From NCBI GenBank assembly GCA_964016885.1, contig OZ024740.1, positions 368,342,001 through 368,406,000 of the forward strand: 64,000 bases of DNA. The letters run 5' to 3'. This DNA is from Eledone cirrhosa (taxonomy: Eukaryota). The position numbers and the translations under genes were made by a program. Under the pieces are notes generated by a model. That model made no database searches and was not told the DNA's origin. It worked only from the letters and a program-made list of their open reading frames with translations. The number at the start of each line of letters is the position of its first letter. The stretch's first letter is position 1. This document shows, piece by piece, positions 1 to 15,218 of this stretch.

Positions 1-1820
<1,820 letters not shown>

Positions 1821-2095
1821 ATATATATATAGTTAGAGAAGCAGAAAATTGCTTATTGTGATCCAGTTCTTGGTTAAGAAACCCAGTTTCATGGATGGTT
1901 TCAACGTATGGTTAGAGGTAACTCCACAAGTTTGTAAGAATTCACTCACTATTTTGAAAATGTGGACTGTGAACAACAATTATAATTGAGTGGCTGCTAT
2001 TTGCAGTATAGCAATATAAGGTTGCATTTACCAATGAAACGGTCGTAAATACTTGGATAAAATCCTTCTCTTGATGCTTACCCGTGTTTTTTCTT

Positions 2096-2203
<108 letters not shown>

Positions 2204-2229
2204 ATATATGTTTATAAATATATATAATT

Positions 2230-2512
2230 TTGGTTTGCTTATATACATGTTTTCTTCTAGCTTTTATTTTGTACCTAATTGTGTATGGTTGACGATACAT
2301 CTAATCGATTTCCACGTGCTATTAGAAATGATGGGTAAATATTCTATGGCTCTTGATCTCGGATAGATAGCCATCGTTTATTTATATATTATCTCTTCAT
2401 AGGTGCCTTTTAACCTTATAGCCGTGTTTAATTGTTCTTTTGTAAGGTTGATTATGCTGATTGTGAGAGGAAATAATGTATATATGTTATCAAATGATTC
2501 TATGGAACTATT
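2230..2512. repeat. Dispersed repeat, copy 1 (copy 2 at ~8735-8995)
   Basis: Shared sequence TACCTAATTGTGTATGGTTGACGATA...CTTCATAGGTGCCTTTTAA...TCAAATGATTCTATGGA; both copies are bounded by (TA)n. Confidence 0.75.
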
Positions 2513-2521
2513 TTATTGTAT

Positions 2522-2569
<48 letters not shown>

Positions 2570-2572
<3 letters not shown>

Positions 2573-3312
2573 ACTAGAAATTGGTTGACATATATATTTA
2601 TCTAAAAGAAACATATGAAACAACCACAGGGGATAATCTCTAAAAGTGTGTAAGCACACACAGCTATGTGGGTAACTTATTTAAATTTAACTAGAACTTC
2701 AAAAATATTTACCTTATAAATTGATTAACCTTCCTTGTATATATTTCATTAAAGAGATATATTTCACCAATTAATCGATTGGTAAACGACAGTAGCCAAA
2801 TCCTGAATTTTCAACAAGGAAAAAGACTTAACTATCTGTGTTTACACATCAAATTCAAATCTGTGACTAACTTTTAGCACGTGTTGCTTTTAATACAAAT
2901 ACACACATCGCGGCAGCTTCGTCCCAATGGCGTGAATAACGTTATCGACAACTAGAAATTGCAGTCAAGTCCTTTCAACTGAGTTAGCCCTACAATTAAT
3001 GGGCCGTATTTATTGTCGATAACGCTATTCACATCACTGGGTCGAAGCTGGCGCGTGTGTGTGTTTGTTGAAAATCCAGGATCTGGCTACAGTTGTTTAC
3101 CAATTGATTAATTGCTGAAATATATTTCTTTAATGAAATGTATACAAAGAAGATTAATCAATTTATAAGGTATCTAATTTTGAAGTTCTAGTTAAACTTT
3201 AATTAGTTACCCTCATAGCTGTGTGTGATTGCACACTTTTACAGATTATCCCCTGTGATTGTTTCATATGTTTAATTTAGATATATATATATATCAATCA
3301 ATTTCTAGTTGA
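2570..3312. repeat. Fold-back inverted repeat (~370-bp diverged arms)
   Basis: TCAACTAGAAATTG...AAACATATGAAACAACCACAGGGGATAATCT is mirrored by AGATTATCCCCTGTGATTGTTTCATATGTTT...CAATTTCTAGTTGA; centre ~2950-3010. Confidence 0.8.
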
Positions 3313-4243
3313 AATAAAATGCTCGCATTTATTCATTGGAATCTTGGAGCATATTTTACAGTGGATATGGTGCATGTCTCTCTGACATGACACCCTTAAT
3401 TTAATTTAAATTTTGGATATATATATCATTGTGTGTGTGCGCGCGTGTGTGAGTGTGTGTGCGTGCGCGTGTGTGTGTGCGTGTGCTTGTGTGTCTGTGT
3501 CAATATATGTATGTTTGCATGCATGAATGAATACACTAAGCTTTAGATTTAGTAGAATGCACAACGACTGGCTCCAGCTATTTGAACGATCGTATATTTT
3601 GGTTTCTACTATTTCCCTGGGGAATTGGTTGACCAAATTCTTTGCCTAATAGTTTTATTTATTTTATTAAATATTTAATTCTTTCTCTTAATTTTCAGGG
3701 ATGTTTTGAAAGCAAAGCATTGGCCTCCAAAATACTACAGTGGGCACTTCAATGCTACCGTGGGCTCTTACAATGCCACATTGGGGCCTCTAGGGGCCAC
3801 TTTCCATTGGGTAACCTGGCAACATGGCCAGTCCACCACTATTGCTATGTATTGTTATGTTCATGATGCTAATAATAACACACGCATGTGTTGGCTTTCA
3901 CTTCAAATTTTTATAAACTCCTATTGGGTTAAGTTAATAACCGGGTTCAGCTGTTCATTATTGAAACTCTTTTCCCTCACATTCTGTGACCTGAACAGTT
4001 TTTAGTTTGTGTCTCTATTTTGGTCTGTCTTGCACGATCTTGTTTCGTGTCAAATTTTGCACGATAAGCAACTATGTAGTAACCAGCATAAAGACTAATA
4101 CGCTCATACACAAAATACGATGCACCTTTCTTTTCTGTAAATAAAAATCACATATATTTATGCTAATTCCTTTAATATATGAACGTTTTATGTACAATGC
4201 CATTTATAACACCCATATCAGTACACACACACACACACACACA

Positions 4244-4336
<93 letters not shown>

Positions 4337-5719
4337 GTGTGTGTGTATTATATGTGTGTGTATTAGAAACATCGAGATAATATGATTTTTAACCGAAAGA
4401 GTTTAACCGAAAATGTTTCAAATTTGCAGTTTCGTTACTCCGATGTCCGATGATAAAATAGACAATATACTTGTTTTGCGAAGAAACCTATGTTCTAATA
4501 TTATAAGCAATCGGCTGGAGACCTATGTTTCTGCATTACTGACCGTTCATGGTTCCTGTGGTATGTTTTAACAATTTATTATTATTATAAATATAGAGGT
4601 TTTATAGGTAATGTTCCATATATACAATCATATAACTCGCTACTTAAGCTTACATTTTTGTTGGTTACATCTTGATTAAAACACTTTTTGTTGCATTGGA
4701 TTATCGTTTCCAATGCCATGACACTGCAATATCGTTGAATGATTTAGGAACAGAAAATAGGAGGAAATATTTGGATGTAATTATAAGTTTAGTTAAATTG
4801 TGGTGATACAATCACATCGAACCGTTAAACGCAATGAAGGCCAAACCCGAATCCACTGATGTACATCGAATCTGTGTAATGCACAATAACATTATATATA
4901 TATATTTACGTCACATTAATAGCCAGCCTCAGAGTTGGATAGACTACTGTCGTATTACTTGAGCTTGAATAGTAAAAGTAACTGCTAAATTTTATTAGAT
5001 ACTTTTGACATTGTCAGAACGTGTGTTTAGTTTAAATTTCATTAACCCTGAAATGTCGGAATCTATGGTTTCGTTTATTATACTTCATGTAGTATTACGG
5101 AAAAGTGAAAATATACAAACGATTCAGTAATTTTGGTTGCAGTCAATTAAATGAGTATTTGTTTTAGTAAGGTTTCGGTTGGCATATAGAATGAAAATCA
5201 GCCAATAATATTTCCAATTATAATATATCCCCTATCAAATGTTCCTTGGTAACGTGAAGCAGAAATAGAATTATCATTTTTTTAAGGAAATAAAATACAA
5301 TACCTATGTTGGAATATAGGAGGAACGATAATATCCCTCTTTAAATATAAGCTACAATCGAATGGGATACTGAACATGAAGAAAAACAAAATCAGCAAAA
5401 TCGTATTAAATATGATATTAAAAGAACAAAAATTAATCAATAAACAGGAAATGAAAGCAAAATATATTTCAACCGAAAATTAAGGTGGCATATGCAACAG
5501 CAGGAAATTAATTAATAATAATTCTAACGTTGCTTTCCAGTAATATGCAGCCGTGAAAGAGAGTAATTTGATGATTACACGAAGCCCGTTGACAAGGAAT
5601 TTTTTTAATGAATCAAAATTACCATCCCGAAAATTTCTTATATTAGTTTTATCTTATATTATGAGAATTAGAATCGTTTTCTACATGAAACACACAGATT
5701 ATTAGTTATCATATATCAC

Positions 5720-6180
5720 ATTATTGCGTTTTTCTGTTTCTTTCTTACTACTTCCCCCCTCTCTCTCTATCTCTCACCTTCTTTCGCCCCCTCTATCAAT
5801 CACACTTTCTCTCGACTGTCCTCTTTCTCGCACTTCCACTCACTCACTCTCTGCTTCTCCCCCTCTCATTTCCTCCCGTTTGGGCTGTGTGGCGTCCTTT
5901 CTCACTCACACATCACTCATGTCGGATGGTCTGTATATCTCTCTCGCCCATGAAATTCACCCAGCTTAAGCTGAATAGATATCATGTGCTTGTTTCTTCC
6001 TATCTTTCCGTTGCTATACCATGTTTGTTTGTTTACTTGTCTCGCTCGCTTTACGCTATATTACTAATTTACGCTATATTACTAGCTATTGCTCGCACCA
6101 ACTAGAGATATATGCTTTTTAAAGCGATGAAATACCAATGAAAGTTGGAAAATCACTGATGAAGGACTAATTTTATTCAT
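5720..6180 (+). repeat. Copy of the ~500-bp pyrimidine-rich repeat family also found at 55570-56990
   Basis: Shared tail GCTCGCACCAAC...GAAATACCAATGA...TTGG..AATCACTGATGA.GGACTAATTTTATTCAT followed by (TA)n. Confidence 0.7.
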
Positions 6181-6211
6181 ATATATATATGTGTGTGTAT
6201 ATATATTTATG

Positions 6212-6243
<32 letters not shown>

Positions 6244-6324
6244 TGTGTGTGTATATATATTTATGTATATATATATAAGTATATATATATATATATATAT
6301 ATAATTTATAATAATTTATTATAA

Positions 6325-7445
6325 ATTTCAGGTTGGTTGGTTGGTTCCACAACCTGTCGGTTGTTCATGTATTGTCAAAGTTCTTTCTTCACACATTCTG
6401 TGACCTCTTCAGTGACTGGGTTTCTTCTCTTTATTTTGTGCCTCTCCTTTGTTTTGTCCCACGCCATCTGAAGAGGTCACATAATGTGTGATGAAAGAAC
6501 AAACAATATATGAACAACCGTCCCCATGTGGAACCAACCAACCAACCGGAAATTTATGAATTTAGTTTATAATAAATTGAAAGCAACTGGTGCATGTGTT
6601 TCTTATTGGCAACATGACCCTCCCAAAGTTTATCAATATCGGTTTCAACACACGTTTTCAGATAATGAATCTTGCTGAACAAATTCAGAAACGAAATATA
6701 TATATATATATATTGTTATACTTTGGGAGGGTCATGTTGCCAATAAGAAACACACGCACCATGCTTTCACTTCAATTTATTATAATAAATATATAAATTT
6801 AGGAATTCATAAATTTCTGGTTGGTTGGTTGGTTCCACAACCAGATAGTTGTTTATATATTGTCAAAGTTCTTTCGTCACACATTATGTGACCTCTTCAG
6901 TGACTGGGGATTATTTTCTTTGTTTTTGTGACTCTCCTTTGTTCTGTCCTACGCCATTTTGTTTCTGTGTGTGTGTTGTGTTCTCAGTCTGCGCATGCGC
7001 CACATCCGGGTGTCTGTGTGTGTTTATATTTGTTTATTTATTTGTTTATTTACATGTTACCGGTTGGTTGTTTGTTCTATGTGTGTGTGTGTTTTCATTT
7101 TGTCCTTAATTGTAAGTTGTGATGTTACTGTTCCACTCATATTTTCTATTTAATTTTGGTTGTAATTATTTTATGTTTATTGCCTCTGTGATTTGTCTAA
7201 ACATTGCGTCTTTTCTGTGTGTAGATTCTATTTTTATTTCTATGTCTTCTAATTTACCCTTATGTTCTATTTTAGCATGTTGGTAGAATACAGATGATTC
7301 TTTACTATATTGAAGGTCTCGCCAGTGCTCATTTATCCGTTCCCCTACACTACGAGCTGTCTCACCTATGTACACTATATTTTCGTCTCTACATTGTCCT
7401 TCAGTTCACCTTATGCTATACACTACATTTCTAGTTTTACAGTTA
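6325..7445 (-). mobile_element. 5'-truncated PLE (same family as 49800-51562): GIY-YIG end, terminal repeat and rearranged terminal-repeat fragments
   Basis: ORF 7166-7375 (YIGETARSVGERINEHWRDLQY...FRQITEAINIK) is nearly identical to 51012-51281. Terminal-repeat pieces occur in both orientations at 6325-6790. The HHR motif lies at 6862-6904 (-). Confidence 0.85.
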
Positions 7446-7509
7446 ATATGGGGGCTTATGTTACAGGTTATACATTTCTTATCTACCACCATATTTATTG
7501 TGACAGCCA

Positions 7510-7557
7510 GATTCCTGACAATTTCTCAAGAATGAAACAGTTCTAGTCCTGTAGAAT
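7510..7557 (+). ncRNA. Mutated copy of the hammerhead at 33850-33898
   Basis: GATTC-CTGACAA-TTTC TCAA GAAT-GAAA-CAG TTCTAGTC CTG-TA-GAAT; a conserved core G is changed to A. Confidence 0.6.
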
Positions 7558-8623
7558 ATCATCTATATTAATATATACATATATATATATACACATATAC
7601 AAGTATATTTTCGGTTTTGGTGCACACAAAGAAATGGTTTAGAGAAAAATGTCTTCTTTCACCCTAAAGTGGGATCTTCTGAAACATAGGTATGTCAAAA
7701 CATGGACGCAGGTTTAAAATATTTCGAAAAGCTTATGAGCAAATATTGCATTTAAAAAATAGCAAATCACGTGGAACTATTCATTTGCGATATGGCGAAA
7801 CGTATGCAATGTGAATAACATCTCTAATTGCGTCATAAAGTAAAGAAGGATGAACAAATTCTTGCTATGAAAAGGCTTGCAGGAGTCTTTATTTCTAATA
7901 TTGCCAAATATTTTCCTTCCACAATGGATGTGGCTCTCTGTAGATATTAGTAATACTATATAGATTAGAATTGATTAATATTCTTATATATTTTCAGTGT
8001 TGCAATATCTCTTAAGATAGTTACTCTAAATTTTATAATTTACTAGCTTTACACCGGTTCGTTAATTTTGATATAGTTTTATTTGAATATATAGAAAAGT
8101 GCAGGGCATACTGAATTTTAAGGGGACATCTTATTAATATTTTGATACAAATTTAATCATTCTGATCTATAAAGTTATTTTATATTAGGGTATTGAATTC
8201 TTATATGTATACGGGTTGAATTCAATACGAATTGAATTCAATAAGCATACGAGAATGAATTCATCCACTACTTAAATGATAATTGATTTTGTTGGCAATC
8301 CGATGATATGATTTGAACACTGTAAATTTAATGTCGTATTTGAACACCTCAAGGGACATTTCCGCGCACACTAGAGACTTCACATATTATGAGATCATAC
8401 TGGCTTATAATTGTGGAATTCGGAGCAGTGGATAAAAATATTAATGTCTCGAGATATTGTGGGAAATATATATTACTCAAATAAAGTCGGATAAGATGTA
8501 TGTCAGCTTTTAGTGATTAAGAAAATACATGCGGGATTTACACATACAGGTCAATTGTTCATGTAAACACATATTCATACAACTTCATACATAAGCACAC
8601 ATGCACACACAAACACACACCCA

Positions 8624-8654
<31 letters not shown>

Positions 8655-8734
8655 GTATATATGTATATATATATATATGCATGTGTGCTAATGTATGAAG
8701 TTGTATGCATATGTAATCCTGGTATGTGTATATG

Positions 8735-8995
8735 CATTTTTTCTTCTAACTTTAATTTTATACCTAATTGTGTATGGTTGACGATATATTTAATCGATTT
8801 CCACGTTCTATTGAAATGCTGGCTAAATATTCTATAGCTGTTGATCGCGAATAGATGGCTGCCGATTATTTATCTATTATTTCTTCATAGGTGCCTTTTA
8901 ATCTTATAGCCTGGTGTATTTGGTTTTTTGTGTGGTTGATCATGCTAATTGGGAGAGGAAAGGGAGTATATATCTTATCAAATGATTCTATGGAC
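8735..8995. repeat. Dispersed repeat, copy 2 (see 2230-2512)
   Basis: Direct sequence similarity to 2230-2512. Confidence 0.75.
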
Positions 8996-8998
8996 ATA

Positions 8999-9061
<63 letters not shown>

Positions 9062-9128
9062 GAAGAGAGAAGAAACATTTAGATATAATTAGTAATAAAA
9101 TGTATCATACCTAAACTGTTCCTAAATT

Positions 9129-9214
9129 CCTCGACTACGTAGTTTCGTGGCATAAACAAAAACAATATATCAAAGATATAGAGTCCTTGCGAGGTCTGCC
9201 GACTTATCAAGAGG
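9129..9214 (-). ncRNA. Degenerate type I hammerhead with long stem II
   Basis: Minus strand reads CCTC-TTGATAA-GTCGGCA...TGCCAC-GAAA-CTACGTAG-TC-GAGG: palindromic stem III, GUC triplet, 2 core substitutions. Confidence 0.55.
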
Positions 9215-9663
9215 ATACCTCATTTTACTAGTCTCAAGAACGCGTCTACACGACGTGAGAAAGAATCCCAAAAGGCGGAGGGGGAGATAGTCACGCGATA
9301 TAACTGTCGAGAAACAGAGCTAAGCCTCCTATAACCACGAAGAAAATACCACGGAGGCGGAGGGGGTATTCATATCGAGGCCGCAGAAGAGGTAGTGAAG
9401 AAGGCGAGAAGTATGAGTAATGGAAGCTTTCCAGTTGTCCCCACACTTCAAAGATTGCTCGACCAGAGGGAGTTATTAATATATTTAGAAACACACAGAT
9501 ACATGCGGACACACACATATATACATGAATGCATCCGCACCCAACTGTGAGTTAAGGGTGCCTACTTCACCGATGTTGCTCAATGAATGACTGGGACAGA
9601 CCAATTCAGTTTGAACCAGACTGAACCAATATATATATATGTATGTATATATAAGTATGTATG

Positions 9664-9694
<31 letters not shown>

Positions 9695-9701
9695 AAGTAT
9701 G

Positions 9702-9747
<46 letters not shown>

Positions 9748-9808
9748 GATACATATATATATATACATATATGTATACATATATATATATATATACATAC
9801 ATAGATAC

Positions 9809-9893
<85 letters not shown>

Positions 9894-10436
9894 CATATGT
9901 ATGTATATATAGACTAGGAAGTGTGCTAGCCGCCGAGGTTATACGATAAAGTTATATCTGTATACATACAGATTAGGTAACAGCGAGTGACTCAATGTCT
10001 ATATAAATATGCGCATATATAATATGTAGGCCTCTAAATATGCCCAGAAATACGAATGACCGAAAATGGAAAAACAGATAAACACCTTAACTCAAATTTC
10101 AGACCTAATTGGGCTCCTATCAGAAGGGGTGTATATCCTCGAAACAATCACATAGAAACCTGTAATCAATGGGCTTTTATATCCCTTCAATCTTTGTATA
10201 ATTCTGAAATGGACGTACACATTTTAATATATTGAACGTTTATATTGAATAATAAGTTTAGATTTCATTGCAGAAGTCATTAAAACTACATATTGCCTAT
10301 AATTTACTTTAATTAAATTAGGTGTATTTAACTAAGTTGTAATTAACATGCGTTGGAATAGCCTTCATATAACATTTTTAAATTGAAAATATAATTGTCC
10401 TATTTTGTCTCAAAATATATTTATTGAATTGAATGC

Positions 10437-10592
<156 letters not shown>

Positions 10593-13173
10593 CATTATGT
10601 CACCACCGTGTATGCGGGTTTGAATTACAAGACACTAATTTCCTTAAGATCACTACATGATGCTTTCTTTCCTGCAGCAATTCGAATGTTATGAGTAGCT
10701 AAATATGTAACATTTCAGTCAATATCTCAGCATGATGTTAAGAAGTCAATATGCCTCATTAAATAATATTAGTACAGAAAGGACATAATCAAGTGTATCG
10801 CTATCTAAATAATTAATGACCTTCGCCGTTGCTTTTCTAATTCATTCCTGTCAATAATATTGGTATTTCGTTTGTAAAATTACATTACAATATATGATTA
10901 TATGAGTTAGCTATATACCTCTTCACAATTTGCGTGATATATGATTATAATTGATGTCCTTATATAGAACAATAAATATACTTTATTTACTTAATTAACA
11001 TTTGTACATTTACGTTGAATTATATTCAGTTAAGTGTGTAAAATCGTGTATATCCTTACATTGTTCGTTGAGTGCTCTACCCTGCATACTGAAGTGTCGG
11101 TAACCAACCAACATACGCTCAAATTTATATATATATATATACATGATGGCTGTCCCCTTGTTATCGAGTATGGCCATTATTACTACTTATCATTATTACT
11201 AATTATCAATTAATGCTATCGTGGAATGACTGTGCGTCAAGATTTTGTTAAAGAGAGGAAAGACTGTGCACTGAGCCAATCCTACTTTCTGAGCAACAAT
11301 ACCTATAAACCCAAAAGAAGAAAATATCACCATCAACAGTGATTACTGAGTCGCAGTTATCCCAGTTTCCTGTGTTGCCTTCTCCTAGAATAATGCCCTG
11401 ACAAAGGCTAGAGCTCTTTACTCCCAGTGGTTTAACCGTACGACCGGGTGTCCAACCTGATTATTTCTATGTCTCCTCACATATATACACACATGTATAC
11501 ATATATACATACATATATACATAGGTATATACATAGGTATATACATATTGACACATTTTCGTTGGCCGTTGACTCTTATGAGTTCTTCCACCCTTTGGCA
11601 GGTTTTGATTTTTGTCCTGGAATGTGTCCAAAACCAGCCTCCGCACCAAGGAAACTTGGTGGGGTTGCCGATTTAGTCGCCGATGACCGGACCATGCGAC
11701 AGCTTGTACTGGATTACATATTAGCAGTAGCACTCAAGTGACCAGACACATACATACATATATGCATACATACTTACACACACATAACACTAATAATACA
11801 TGGGCGATTTGCTAAGCCTTCATTACGCTCATTGATTGGTGACGCACGGGATGAAAATGGAAAAGAAAATATTCAACATATTGAACATTTGCCCTTCGTC
11901 CTGAAGCCACGAATTAAGAGAAATCATACATTGGAAGATTAGGAAAAAAGGTTTTTTCACGATGCGTGTGCTGGTCAAGCAAGGTAAATCAGAGGCCGAC
12001 TATAACGAGCATGTCTAAGTGGTGGGACTGAACGTGTATATCTCACGAGGGGAAAAGGATAGTGTGCGTGAAAAACATTTGACATATCTGACAGTATTCA
12101 AAATAATTGACGAATTGAATGCCTCTGTGTCTGTTTTTTTTCTCTTTTGTGCGTATATGTGTTGAAGTGGTGTATATTATTTTACTTGTAGTGATGTGTG
12201 GTTGACTGTGTATATGCGTGTGTGTGTGTGTATGTGTCTTAATGCATACATACATACGTATGCATACAATATGTTTCATGTTGTTCAATGATAACAACAA
12301 CAACGATAATAACCATCTACATCACTGGAAAATATATCTACCATAGTATTCTATATATTTCTACTCGTGATAATAACTTGCAGATAAAAGTTGAATTGAC
12401 TGTGAATCGATCATAACGTAAGTGCTTACTTTCGAAAATATATCATGTACCATAGAAAATAGACTCTATCTGTAGATGTTACATTCTATCAATGCGAATG
12501 TTTAACAATTTAATTTTAGATTAACCTACTTCGGTTATTGAAAAACAGGAACATCTAAAGTTAAGTTTCGAAATTTGAGAGAAATTGTATGTCTGGAATC
12601 ATTTATATCATGCAATAAGGAACATTACCATACAAAATTGATATATACATCGAAAATATAGAGAATAGAAGTAAGAAAAAGAAGAATTGGTATTACATTT
12701 ATTATAAACAATAGAACAATTAAGATTATTCGGCGTTTTGCAAAATTCTCTTCAATGTATATTAAGTATAATATAGTTGAGTAAATTCGAGGGTTTATAT
12801 CCCCACCCCCAATTCATCAAATTATAGTTAATATGCGTTGTAGTAACCTTTGTACAAATCAAAACATTCTCTTAAATGTAACAATTTGTTTCAAGTAAAC
12901 AATTAAAACAATCTTAACAGGGGAAAAGAGTTATTATGCATAGATGTACATTGCCCTTTACAATGGTTGCCAGTCTTAGAAAGAATTTCCATATTAAGTT
13001 CATTTATTACCATTTCAACGTTTAGTATTTAGTCTGTACTTTCTTAGATCAAGATGAATGGTCATCAAAATGATAATATCAGTGATCATTCCATGTTATA
13101 TTAAAATGTTTTTTTTTTATCTTCGAATGTTTCTTATACAGTTTTATATGAAATGTATTTAGTTGCTCAGATT

Positions 13174-13500
13174 CTGACAGATTCTGTTTCACACTGTTGG
13201 TGTTCCTCAGAGCAATGTACTCCCCGACCTCTGCCGAAAATTATTACTGGAATTCTATAAGAATCCAGCCTCAATAATTTTCGGCGGAGGTCGGGGAGTA
13301 CGTTGCTCTGAAGAACACCAACAGTGTGAAACAGAATCTGTCAGCTTCTCTCCCTTCCTTTGCCGAAAAAAGAAGAAGGTGACATAGTCACTACTTTAAA
13401 ATAATAGCGCAAGGCTTTCAAAATGTTTTTAATTAAATATACGGTATATTACCAAATATACTATACATACATTCATGTATAAATCGCTATTTCAGAGCAC
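13174..13500 (+). mobile_element. Non-coding hammerhead element (retrozyme-like) with an inverted 5' copy
   Basis: Arms 13174-13245 and 13273-13344 are inverted. HHR at 13305-13345. Segment 13403-13499 is similar to part of the 310-bp array unit. Confidence 0.75.
13305..13345 (+). ncRNA. Type I hammerhead ribozyme, intact core
   Basis: GCT-CTGAAGA-ACAC CAACA GTGT-GAAA-CAG AAT CTG-TC-AGC. Stem I is extended by TTTTCGGCGGAGG / CCTTTGCCGAAAA. Confidence 0.85.
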
Positions 13501-13879
13501 TAATCCTAATATATATATATATAAACTGCACTAAATCTTTAAGATTCGGACGGCGAAGAAAAAGTTCTGTATGTGTCTCTGTTTAGCAGAACAATAAAAA
13601 CAAGATTGATAAATCAATTACCATACTTTAAACATTAATTATTGAGCTCGATAAAGTACCAGTAATGCACTGGAATAATTGCTGGCCTTGTGCTAAAAGT
13701 AGAAACAATTAATTATTGGGCTCGATATCAGCGACTTAAAACAATTCCCTGTCCATGCATGGTTGCTGCGTAATAATTGAAGCCAACACACACACACACA
13801 CACGCGCGCGCACACACGCACACACACACACACACACACACGCACACACACACACATACACCCACCCACGCACATACAC

Positions 13880-13916
<37 letters not shown>

Positions 13917-13917
13917 A

Positions 13918-13966
<49 letters not shown>

Positions 13967-14734
13967 ATTGTGTGTGCATATATACGTTTGAGAGGTAGTG
14001 TGGCTGTTGACCAAATTCGTTAATAAAATTGGTTGGAAACAAATCAGGAATAGGACGAGAGCAGGTAGGAGGAGACGAAAAGAACTAAAAGAGATAATAT
14101 TACTTTGGAACAACATATTATTCTCAAAAGTTAGGATTTACCATATATTGTAAATTGTTTTTCATATAATATTCATTTTTGCCGTTGAATTAAGAGACAA
14201 TAAATTTATATATAAAAACACGTTGATAGTAAGTTTAAAAAGTATTCCCAAATGAAATTAAACGTGATACGCTGAATTGTAGTAATAATCAGCTGGCTGG
14301 CCTTTCGAAGTGGCAATTGATGTTTTTTTTATTATCGTGTTTATATATTTAATTATTTATTTTTACATTTACTTATATATTTTGAAATGAGTAACCGAGT
14401 AAAAATAGTCTGTTATTCGTGGGTGGTTTCAGTTATTTAAACAAAATGCTTGCTTGGTTTAAAGCGTGCTCATGTTGGGTTCTGAGTGTTAGTATCGTGA
14501 AGGCGAAGCTATCGTATTTGTTTCCGAATTTTTGGATGTATATTCGCAAAAATATGAGATTAGTGTTGACCTGTTTCATAATTCTTGGTGTGCAGGGGTA
14601 AAACTTGTCCCTTGATGTAGAAACCATTGCACTAGTTACATTCTAGTCTGCATATTACGTGTGTACATTGGCAATAGCCGGTGTTGCAAATTAAGGAGGA
14701 AGTTATAGTTCACTTGAAGCATTGTGTAATGAGG

Positions 14735-14897
14735 TATAAACGTGTGTATATGTATAATAAAGTCAAAACAATGCAGGTATGGACATAGAATAAAGAATGC
14801 AAATGCAAAAGTTAACAATATCTTATGCATTTGCATTCTTTATTCTATGTCCATACCTGCATTGTTTTGGCTTTATTATACATATACAAACGTTTAT
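14735..14897. repeat. Fold-back inverted repeat (~75-bp arms)
   Basis: AAAACAATGCAGGTATGGACATAGAATAAAGAATGCAAATGCA / TGCATTTGCATTCTTTATTCTATGTCCATACCTGCATTGTTTT. Confidence 0.85.
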
Positions 14898-14915
14898 ATA
14901 TATATATATATATAT

Positions 14916-15218
14916 ATTGGAATAAATGCTCTGAAATAGCGATATATATATGAATATAGACATAGAATATTCGAAAATATTCTGTATGTTTATAATAAAC
15001 ATTTTGAAGACCTAATCGCTATAGAATAGAATACGTCACGTATTACAATTAGATTCTCGATAAAAGCAAGGGAAGTAATCTACGCGTTTCATTCTTGTTA
15101 GAATTCATCAGGACTACATATCCAGTGCTTTTATCGAGAATGACACAGCTAGAGACTTATAGAATACTTAGCTGTGTACAGGAACTGGTTTGAAAGAGCG
15201 GTTGCCGGTCCGGCAGAA
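14916..15218 (-). repeat. Inverted, nearly complete copy of the 310-bp unit heading the array; HHR at 15075-15117 (-)
   Basis: Reverse complement of the unit from TTCTGCCGGACC to GCATTTATTCCAAT; joins the forward array through a 2-nt AA overlap at 15217-15218. Confidence 0.95.
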
